From: Actinomycetota bacterium
GTDB taxonomy: Bacteria > Actinomycetota > UBA4738 > HRBIN12
DNA length: 37,897 bases
NCBI GenBank assembly: GCA_040902755.1
Contig: JBBDWS010000097.1
Location: forward strand, 47,120-85,016
Reading direction: 5' to 3'
Part shown: positions 10,225 to 16,819 of the stretch, in pieces
Position numbering within the stretch: the stretch's first letter is position 1
How the letters are laid out: every line of letters begins with the position of its first letter
Position numbers and translations under genes: made by a program
The notes under the pieces: model-generated
Seen by the model: only the letters and a program-made list of their open reading frames with translations
Databases searched by the model: none
What the model was told of the DNA's origin: nothing

Positions 10225-10246
10225 GGAGTCAGCACGGAGTCAGCAC
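10225..10246 (+). repeat. Tandem 11-mer GGAGTCAGCAC x2 (candidate recombinase arm-type sites)
   Basis: Perfect tandem duplication 55 bp inside the left repeat. A related pair sits in the same orientation 70 bp inside the right repeat (18253..18274). Confidence 0.45.
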
Positions 10247-10264
10247 GGGGCCAGGGTACCGGAA

Positions 10265-10288
10265 GGCCCCAGGCGGCTCCCTGGGGCC
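10265..10288. promoter_or_regulatory. 9-bp perfect inverted repeat directly upstream of the integrase SD
   Basis: ggccccagg-cggctc-cctggggcc abuts AAGGAGG (10289-10295) and GTG 10300. It could be an operator or a translational hairpin; function is inferred only. Confidence 0.3.
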
Positions 10289-10299
10289 AAGGAGGCGCT

Positions 10300-11352
10300 G
10301 TGGCGAGTATCCGTAGGACGGAGGCGGGCACGTGGCAGGTCTACTGGCGGGAGCCTGGCAGCGGGAAGCAGGTGGCCCGGAACCTGTCAAGCCAGGCTGA
10401 TGCCAGAAGCCTCCGAGCCGAGGTCGAGCACCGCATGGACCGGGGGACCTATGTCAGGGAGGCTGCCCGTCGCATCTCGCTGGAGGACTACCTAGACGGG
10501 GTCATCTCCTCGTTGTCCTGGCGACCGCAGTCCCGCCAGAACTGGGCGCTCGCGGCTCGCAAGCACATCGTCCCGGTCATCGGCGGCTACCGTCTCTGCG
10601 AGGTCACCCCCGCCACCGTCCGGTCCTTTCTCGCCGAGCTAGAGGCGAGCGAGTGGACTAAGAGCCTCTGCTACGACATCCTCTCCCGCGCCTTCCGCAC
10701 CGCCGAGACGGAAGGGCTCGTGATGAGTCCCATGCGAGCCGTGCGCCGCCCGTCGCCCGCCGCTCCGGCTGTCCAACCCTTGGCACCACGGGTCGTGGAG
10801 GCACTCGCGTCCGCCATCACGCCCCGGTACCGGCTGGTGGTCCTGCTCGGCGGGTTCGCTGGTCTCCGCATCGGAGAGGTCGGGGGGTTGCACGTCGACG
10901 ATTTCGACGGACAACGGCTCCGCATCCATCGGGCTGCGCTGCCTCATGACGGTGGCGTCTTGGGCCCGACGAAGACGAAGGCGAGCCGTCGCACCATCGT
11001 GGTGCCGTCCTTCCTTGCCTCCGAACTCGGCCAGGTGGAGCCGCAGCCGGACGGCAGACTGTTCGCGACCCGGACGGGCGGGTTGGTTCACCGTCAGTCC
11101 GTCGGCCCCCGATGGCAGCACGCCTGCCGCATCGTCGGCGTCGATGCACGGTTCCATGACCTGCGTCACACGTGCGCCTCGCTCCTCATCGCTGCTGGTG
11201 AGCAGCCGAAGGTCATCCAGCACTTTCTCGGTCACGCCAACATCCGGGTGACGCTCGACGTGTACGGGCACCTGTTCGAGGAGTTCGCTGCGTCGGCCGC
11301 TGAGCGCCTCGACGCAGCTTGGGAAGGGCGTTCGTTGAGAGCCGTCATTTGA
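10300..11352 (+). CDS. int: Tyrosine recombinase / phage-type integrase
   Basis: GTG 10300 is preceded by GGAGG. There is an N-terminal SAM-like/arm domain, and the catalytic residues sit in GLRIGEVGGL (Arg), HDLRHTCASL (H-x-x-R) and LGHANIRVTLDVYGHL (His..Tyr). The track ORF 8758..11352 is a read-through artefact upstream of 10300. Confidence 0.9.
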   Translation: MASIRRTEAGTWQVYWREPGSGKQVARNLSSQADARSLRAEVEHRMDRGTYVREAARRISLEDYLDGVISSLSWRPQSRQNWALAARKHIVPVIGGYRLCEVTPATVRSFLAELEASEWTKSLCYDILSRAFRTAETEGLVMSPMRAVRRPSPAAPAVQPLAPRVVEALASAITPRYRLVVLLGGFAGLRIGEVGGLHVDDFDGQRLRIHRAALPHDGGVLGPTKTKASRRTIVVPSFLASELGQVEPQPDGRLFATRTGGLVHRQSVGPRWQHACRIVGVDARFHDLRHTCASLLIAAGEQPKVIQHFLGHANIRVTLDVYGHLFEEFAASAAERLDAAWEGRSLRAVI

Positions 11353-11460
11353 CCTGTAGGCGTCTCTTGAAGGGTCCTTGGGCCCCAACTGACCTCGCGG
11401 CTCGCTCCGAGACGACGTGTCGCCACCGGTGGGCCTCCAGACACCCACCGAACTTAGGGG

Positions 11461-11488
11461 TTGCGCCGATTCTCCCCGCCGCTATAAT
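11461..11488 (+). promoter_or_regulatory. Sigma-70-like promoter candidate upstream of the RT gene
   Basis: TTGCGC (11461-66), a 16-nt spacer, then TATAAT (11483-88). A perfect -10 hexamer is conspicuous in this high-GC context. The predicted start near 11495 falls just before the RT frame opens at 11502. Confidence 0.45.
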
Positions 11489-11681
11489 CACCTACCTGTA
11501 GTTTCACGTATGTGACGCTGAACCTTCCCCTAGGCGCTCAACGGGGGAGGGACACGCTTTCAAGAAGCGGCATCTGCTAGCGAACCTGAGTCGCCTCGGC
11601 CAGGCGGACAGTACAAGCCTGCTGCCCGACGTCGTCGGATGGAACGACTTCGTCTTCATCGGCGACGAACTCTGCCACGAG

Positions 11682-12989
11682 TTGAGCCAGTCTTGGCGCG
11701 CCTTCGTGCCGGGCCCCGTGGAGCTGTTCCCCTACCCCAACGGCGAGAAGCTGCGCCATCTCGCGGTCCTTCGTCTCCCAGACCTGCTGCTTTACCGAGC
11801 CGCCGGGGGACTAGTAGCGTCGACGACTGACCCGCTTCTGTCGCCCCATGTCTTCTCCTCCCGGCTTCGGTCACCATGGCCGAGCTGGTCGCTCCGTGAC
11901 GGGCACACGGCGCACAGGCGCTGGCGCGAGGTTGCCGTGAAGACCATCTCCGAAGACCCGCTGACGGAGGCGTGGGTTACCGACGTGGCGAACTACTACG
12001 GGTCCATCTCTCCGCACCGGCTGATTGAGATGCTCACGAAGCTCAACTGTCCGTTGCCGGCCGTCAGGATGGTCACTACCTTCCTCGACGAGTGGTCATC
12101 TGCTCGCGTCCCAGGACTGCCCGTCGGTCCAGAACCCTCCAGCGTGATGGGAACGGCGTTCCTGATGCCGCTCGATGACGCGCTCGCTCGCAACGGCCAC
12201 ACGTACTTCCGCTACACGGACGATGTCGTCGTCGTAGGCCGAGACCTAGCACGGGACGACCTCGAAGGCATGGTCACCGAAACGCTGGCCGAGCTGCATC
12301 TCGAGCGGTCCGCAGAGAAGACGCATTGGTTCCCGCCGTTCTTCGCAACGCAGGCCGTCGATGACATCATCCTCAGCTACATTCACCGAGGGGGACGACT
12401 CCAAGCGTCGGCGGAAGAACTCATGAGCATTCTCGAGCAGGAGGCATCCGCAGCCCAGCCCGACGTGAAGCGTCTCCGATTCGTCCTCAAAGGCCTAAGT
12501 TCGGTAGGAGAGTCGTTCGCTTCCTCGACCCTGTGCGCGAACATGAACCTGCTGAACGCCGACCCGAGCAACACCTGCTCCTACCTGGCTAAGACATCGC
12601 TGCGCTCTGCCGTGACGCGCGAGACGCTGCTTCACATCCTCGAACTCCCGCCCGCCGACGAGCGAGAGGCACTCCGGTTCCACGCTCTGCTAGCCATGCG
12701 CGACAGTAGCTGGGGAAGTGCCGAAGGACGGGTGTTCATGGCGGTGGCATGCGATGAGCGCGCTCCATCGGCGACTCGAGCGCAAGCGTGGATGACTGCC
12801 GCGCGGACCCCCGCGTGGCGGTCGCGAGAAGTGATGGACGCTGCCGACGCGGAACGGCATCCGGCGGTCCGCCGCGCAGCGGTGTTGACTCTGCGACGGG
12901 CCGCACCTTCGCACGAGAAGGATGCGTTCCTGAATAAGATGACGGCGGACCCTTACGCGTGCGCGGCTGCGAAGTGGGCGGCCGCTTAA
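11682..12989 (+). CDS. Reverse transcriptase with helical HEAT-like C-terminal domain (UG/Abi defence-RT-like architecture)
   Basis: RT motifs occur in order: PYPNGEKLRHLAVLRLPDLLLY (1/2), VTDVANYYGSI (A), GLPVGPEPSSVMGTAFLMPLDD (B), FRYTDDVVVV (C, YTDD at 12213..12224) and LHLERSAEKTHWF (D/E). The C-terminus has ERHPAVRRAAVLTLRRAA-type repeats. The start is uncertain: TTG 11682 is the first canonical start, but the frame is open from 11502. Confidence 0.8.
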   Translation: MSQSWRAFVPGPVELFPYPNGEKLRHLAVLRLPDLLLYRAAGGLVASTTDPLLSPHVFSSRLRSPWPSWSLRDGHTAHRRWREVAVKTISEDPLTEAWVTDVANYYGSISPHRLIEMLTKLNCPLPAVRMVTTFLDEWSSARVPGLPVGPEPSSVMGTAFLMPLDDALARNGHTYFRYTDDVVVVGRDLARDDLEGMVTETLAELHLERSAEKTHWFPPFFATQAVDDIILSYIHRGGRLQASAEELMSILEQEASAAQPDVKRLRFVLKGLSSVGESFASSTLCANMNLLNADPSNTCSYLAKTSLRSAVTRETLLHILELPPADEREALRFHALLAMRDSSWGSAEGRVFMAVACDERAPSATRAQAWMTAARTPAWRSREVMDAADAERHPAVRRAAVLTLRRAAPSHEKDAFLNKMTADPYACAAAKWAAA

Positions 12990-13114
12990 GGCGGTGTCGG
13001 GTAGTCCGCGACGGGGGCAAGAACAAGCGCGAACTCCAAGCTGAGTCCTGTCGCCTTCAGCATCGACGCATCCGTGCCGATGGTCTACCTGCGTCTAGTT
13101 GAACCGGAGGCGTC

Positions 13115-13213
13115 ATGCGAAAGCTCGAGGAGAATGACTGGAAGTTCCTCGCGCTCCTCTTTGGGACGATGGTCCTGATGGTGTTTCTCTCGAACTGCCT
13201 GCCAACCCGCTAG
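13115..13213 (+). CDS. Candidate 32-aa hydrophobic peptide MRKLEENDWKFLALLFGTMVLMVFLSNCLPTR
   Basis: ATG 13115 is preceded by GGAGG (13106-10, 4-nt spacing). The peptide has a charged N-terminus followed by one TM-length hydrophobic stretch. It falls below the ORF-track size cutoff, there is no homology evidence, and it overlaps an antisense ORF. Confidence 0.3.
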   Translation: MRKLEENDWKFLALLFGTMVLMVFLSNCLPTR

Positions 13214-13609
13214 CCGCCCGCATCCTGGGGCAGCACTCGACTTCTGACCGAAGTCGCCCTGCCCGTCTCTTGTTTTTGCCGGGACGGCATCCATCTCCCA
13301 TCCCACGTCCCCCGTGGATGCCCCAAGAGCCCTGATGGTCTCCACGCGATGGACTCGGCAATCCTCGACGGATGAGACCCGGAATAGGTCCTCGTCTGGG
13401 ACGAACTCGACCGCCTACCTCTGCCGCCCATCGCCCGAACGATTCGGCACGTCCCCAAGACGAGATGACTGCTGCTCCGCTTGTGCAGAGAGACGGACAC
13501 GCCCGCGTCCGCTTCTTGACAGCTTCTAACCTTGTCGCCTAACAGGCGCGGCTTTTGTCCGTCACTCGCCCGTCCCGCATGGCACCATCGCAAGCCAGTC
13601 AGTCGGAGG

Positions 13610-14176
13610 TCAGCGCGGGCGTACTTCAGCCTCGACTACCTTCGCTCGTTCCTTCCGAGCCTCTCGGCCCCAGCCCGTCATTCCGTGCCAGCCCTCGGAG
13701 AAAACGGCATTTCGGGCGTCTTCGGAGAGTGGAGGCGCGAAGTCCTTGTAGGTCGTTTGGAATAGCTTCTTCACCTTCGCTCCGGTCCACCCCTCATCCG
13801 CGTCGTCCGCTCCCTTGACGTACAGCGTGGTCAAGAGGGTTGTGACAGCAGCCAACGCGGCGGCCGAGAACTTCTTGCTCTCAACCGACCACGTTTCTTC
13901 AGGCTCCCATTTGACCCCGATGATGATGATGATGGCTGCCGCTGCTGCAGCGATGGCACCCGGTACTAAGACCCAGTAACTCAGCCATGTCACCGCGCCA
14001 GCCGGGTACTGTGGGAGACGACTTCGGCCGACGAAGTAGCAAATGACGCCTCCGGCTACTGCGAGGGCAACCAAACCGACGGGCGCCACCCAATCCGCCG
14101 CGAAATACAGCCAGGCAAGACAAAGACCACCTATGCCGACAAGAAAAGCAGGCAAGGCGTCACGAAACCGGTCCAC
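13610..14176 (-). CDS. Hypothetical integral membrane protein (3-4 TM, charged C-terminal domain)
   Basis: GTG 14176 immediately follows the stop of the upstream 84-aa ORF. Hydrophobic helices are ALPAFLVGIGGLCLAWLYFAA, VAPVGLVALAVAGGVICYFVG and TWLSYWVLVPGAIAAAAAAIIIIIGV. I recognise no family. Confidence 0.6.
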   Translation of the reverse strand: MDRFRDALPAFLVGIGGLCLAWLYFAADWVAPVGLVALAVAGGVICYFVGRSRLPQYPAGAVTWLSYWVLVPGAIAAAAAAIIIIIGVKWEPEETWSVESKKFSAAALAAVTTLLTTLYVKGADDADEGWTGAKVKKLFQTTYKDFAPPLSEDARNAVFSEGWHGMTGWGREARKERAKVVEAEVRPR

Positions 14177-14431
14177 CTACGCGAGTCCCACCAACGGCTT
14201 CGACCGGTGCGCCTTACCCTCGTGGGTACACTCGAACACGAGCCCTTCCTTCATCAGGACAGGACGTAGGTCCGCGAACGGCTCATCAAGTCGGCACTCT
14301 CCTGTTGCCTGCAAGATGGCGGACAGCGCACGGAAGGCAAGCGCGTCCCGCCCGGGCTCGTCCCTCCACTGGCGGTTCCTCGCTGCGCTTTCCAGGTCCC
14401 TGTTGATGCCGTCGCGCGTTCGTCGTTCCAT
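14177..14431 (-). CDS. Hypothetical 84-aa soluble protein, adjacent (stop/start abutting) to the membrane protein
   Basis: The internal ATG 14431 is preceded by AGGAGG at about 6 nt. The track ORF extends to 14536 but lacks an SD. The TAG stop at 14177-79 abuts the downstream GTG. Confidence 0.55.
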   Translation of the reverse strand: MERRTRDGINRDLESAARNRQWRDEPGRDALAFRALSAILQATGECRLDEPFADLRPVLMKEGLVFECTHEGKAHRSKPLVGLA

Positions 14432-14467
14432 ATCCACCTCCTGAAGGAACCGTTGTGGGAGCGTAGG

Positions 14468-14481
14468 GCTTCCTAGGAAGC
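14468..14481. promoter_or_regulatory. 14-bp perfect palindrome upstream of the 84-aa/membrane-protein pair
   Basis: gcttcctaggaagc lies 37-50 nt upstream of ATG 14431 on the minus strand. It is an operator-like dyad; function is inferred only. Confidence 0.3.
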
Positions 14482-14901
14482 GAGTCGAACCACGCCTACT
14501 CCGGGGGGCCGGAGGGGTTACCTGACCCCACCCCAAGCAGTGCGATGACTTCTCGCCGCAGTGCGCAGGACGCGTCTACCAGGTAGTTCTGCGCGACAGC
14601 CCGGTTTGGACAGGCCTCCTGGAGTCACCAGCTAGGCGCTGCTGAGGCGGGACTAAGTCGGCTTGTAGTGCCGCCGAACCCCCTGAAAGTCACGCCCTCA
14701 CGGTCGCAAGGCGGTCTCGGACCACGCGGCCGGGACGGGATACCACCACGGCCGCGGGTCCCATTGTGCAGAGTCACTACGTCCTGACACCCTGCGTCAT
14801 TTTCCAGGCGACCGCGCGACTGTTAGGGCGTGACCAGCGTAGACGCCTCCTACCCCTGTCTTTCCTTCCCACTTATTAGAGGGGTCGCGGGAGGAGGAGG
14901 G

Positions 14902-15264
14902 ATGGACGGTCGAGCTTCTGTCGGTGGGGCGAGTTTCGTTGGCCAGGCATCTAACTGCGTCGAACGAAGACTTATCCTGCATGTCCCTGGCCCTGTAGTT
15001 ATAGAGGGCCGGAGGCGAGACGCGCTTACCCGGCCCAGTAACTCTTGTAGGTGGTCACACACCGAAGAGCCGCGACGGGCACTCTCAGGTAGGAGCGGCG
15101 AACGGACGGGCCGCATTGCGGTCCAGTCCCTAGAAACCACTGCCCGTCTAGGCCTAAGGGATAGCTGTGTCCAGAAGCAGTTCAAGCAGTTCGCCAACGT
15201 CAGGCACCTCCAGGCTCTAGCGACACCCTTGCGCGGGTCGGCATTGCGCCGCGGGTTGCCGTGA
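14902..15264 (+). CDS. Doubtful 120-aa Arg-rich ORF
   Basis: ATG 14902 sits directly behind GGAGGAGGAGGG, and its TGA overlaps the GTG start of the next gene (GTGA at 15261-64). However, the composition (R/S/G-rich), rare codons (aga, ata, cta, agg) and lack of recognisable motifs make coding status weak. Confidence 0.25.
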   Translation: MDGRASVGGASFVGQASNCVERRLILHVPGPVVIEGRRRDALTRPSNSCRWSHTEEPRRALSGRSGERTGRIAVQSLETTARLGLRDSCVQKQFKQFANVRHLQALATPLRGSALRRGLP

Positions 15265-15881
15265 GCAGCCGAGGCGGGCCCATCTCACCTGATGTCTTGA
15301 GAGTCGTCCGCAACTATCCGCAGCTGGTGGAAGCGGACGCCGATTGCCGCGCGTTCCTCGACGAACACCCGGAGTTTGCTCCCGGCTTCAACCCGAACAA
15401 GAGAAAGCGACCACGAAACACTGACGGGCGCAGGCTCACCACGTACTCCGTGGCGCCGGGAAGCGTCGACTCGTATGCGCCTCTCTACGCGCCTCAAGAG
15501 ACCGATGTCGACGAGGCAGCAAGGGATGGCTTGACGAGCTTCTTCGCTGAAGCCATGTGCTTTGTGAAACCCGAACAGAGGCAACTCTTGGAGTGGCGTT
15601 ACTGGGAGGGACTCAAGCAGCACGAGATTGCCGAGAAGCTCGGGATTATGCAGCCGACGGTGAGTCACAATCTCGCTGCAGCGCACCGTGCTCTCGTGGA
15701 TGCGATAGCGCTTTTCGAAGGCCCGCTACCCGTGATTCGGACGGGTGGGCGGCCAAAACGAGATGAGGCAGCGACGCAGGAACAAGCTCTGCAGGCTTTG
15801 GTGCGCCGCGGACTCTTGCCCGCGCCGCCCCTGTACGCGCGCGCACCTGAACACTGGCACCGCCAGTCGCTGGGGAGTTGA
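15261..15881 (+). CDS. Sigma-70 region-4-like HTH protein (no recognisable region 2)
   Basis: EQRQLLEWRYWEGLKQHEIAEKLGIMQPTVSHNLAAAHRALVDAI matches the sigma70_r4_2 / LuxR-type HTH pattern. The N-terminal 110 aa has no recognisable sigma region-2 motifs. Confidence 0.62.
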   Translation: MSSRGGPISPDVLRVVRNYPQLVEADADCRAFLDEHPEFAPGFNPNKRKRPRNTDGRRLTTYSVAPGSVDSYAPLYAPQETDVDEAARDGLTSFFAEAMCFVKPEQRQLLEWRYWEGLKQHEIAEKLGIMQPTVSHNLAAAHRALVDAIALFEGPLPVIRTGGRPKRDEAATQEQALQALVRRGLLPAPPLYARAPEHWHRQSLGS

Positions 15882-16026
15882 GACCGGTCTAACCGTGGAG
15901 GAGCTGGCGCGTTCAGGAGACGACGCGTGACCCTTGCGTAATACGACGCATACTTGCGTGCGTACCTGCCTGCGTACTCACAGACCCTTCACCCATTGAC
16001 CCATTTCTTCTACAGCGTCGTCGGAG

Positions 16027-16743
16027 CTAGCTTGTCGAATGATTCCCCTCGAAGACGATGCTCAACGTCTGCTGCCCGTCTAGGTAGCTGAGCCGTTCCG
16101 GAACCATGCCTGTCACCCGCCCATCGAACGTCAGGTACCCGACGAGGTTCGACTTCGGGGGAAGTTTCCCAGTCTCGGGGAGGAAGTTCGGCGGGAACTC
16201 AGCTTGGGACCGGACGTTCACAGGACCAAAGGTCCGGGAGTCCCGCGCAGTTACAACGAAGTTGCGAAGGTTGAATCGGACTGGCCGGTTCGTTGGGTTG
16301 CGAAGGCCGACGTAGAAGAGGAGGACGTCGTAACCGTCGCTCTCCCACGACTGGCAGTCGGACTCGTACGCCCCGAGCGTTTCCTGCTCGACGGTGTACG
16401 CATGGACGGTGCAGCCGCTGACTTCGCGTGGGAAGTCAACGACGGTCAGCCACAGCCGTTCTCCCTTCAGCCACTCCTGCTGGTGAAACGTCTGCTCGAC
16501 CCGACGAGGGCTGGTCGTGGGGGGGGTGGCGCTGGCGGATGGAGATGGCGACGAGCTGGGTATTGGGCTGGGCGATGAGGTAGGGGACGCGACAACGGTC
16601 TCGGTGTCGTCCCGCAAAGCCAGAACTGCACCGACCAGTACGACGGCGACGAGTAGCGAGACCAGCAACCCCACCACAACCCCTGACGTGAAGGTGCGCT
16701 GCTTGGGCGCGGGTGGAGTTGGACTCGCCACAGCCGGAAGCAT
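16027..16743 (-). CDS. Membrane-anchored protein with S/P-rich linker and DUF4352-like beta-sandwich ectodomain
   Basis: The N-terminal TM is GVVVGLLVSLLVAVVLVGAVLAL, followed by the linker SPTSSPSPIPSSSPSPSASATPPTTSP. The C-terminal pattern is ...LFYVGLRNPTNRPVRFNLRNFVVTARDSRTFGP...LVGYLTFDG, typical of DUF4352. Confidence 0.62.
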   Translation of the reverse strand: MLPAVASPTPPAPKQRTFTSGVVVGLLVSLLVAVVLVGAVLALRDDTETVVASPTSSPSPIPSSSPSPSASATPPTTSPRRVEQTFHQQEWLKGERLWLTVVDFPREVSGCTVHAYTVEQETLGAYESDCQSWESDGYDVLLFYVGLRNPTNRPVRFNLRNFVVTARDSRTFGPVNVRSQAEFPPNFLPETGKLPPKSNLVGYLTFDGRVTGMVPERLSYLDGQQTLSIVFEGNHSTS

Positions 16744-16819
16744 GACCCCTGCATGAGAGCCCGTGCAACGAAGCCCGGGGTACGGTCGGCCAGGTCCCTG
16801 ACGGGGGTTAGGAGCCGGT

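Noticed and set aside
10100-10300. Expected a tRNA or tmRNA gene as the integration target at the island ends
   Set aside because: No cloverleaf-compatible sequence lies at either junction, and the repeat lies wholly within trpG coding sequence. A T-loop-like GGTTCGACTC on the minus strand near 14480..14492 lacks matching stems.
8758-11352. 864-aa + strand ORF spanning ispG, trpG and the integrase
   Set aside because: Only the last ~350 aa (from GTG 10300, which has an SD) is integrase-like. The upstream part is out of frame with ispG, antisense to trpG, and Arg/Gly-rich.
13085-13593. Minus-strand ORFs 13085..13345 (86 aa), 13113..13361 and 13210..13593 in the gap after the RT
   Set aside because: They have no SD, mutually overlapping frames and R/S/G-rich or otherwise featureless sequences. 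I cannot fully exclude the 86-aa ORF, which is antisense to the 32-aa micro-ORF.
11502-13609. Whether the RT locus is a retron, a group II intron or a DGR
   Set aside because: I found no flanking inverted repeats (a1/a2) or msr/msd-like stems, and no retron VTG motif. There is no intron domain V-like hairpin or maturase/HNH region. There is no SQ-type motif B and no ~100-bp template/variable repeat pair visible in the island. These are eye-level checks only and should be repeated with covariance models.
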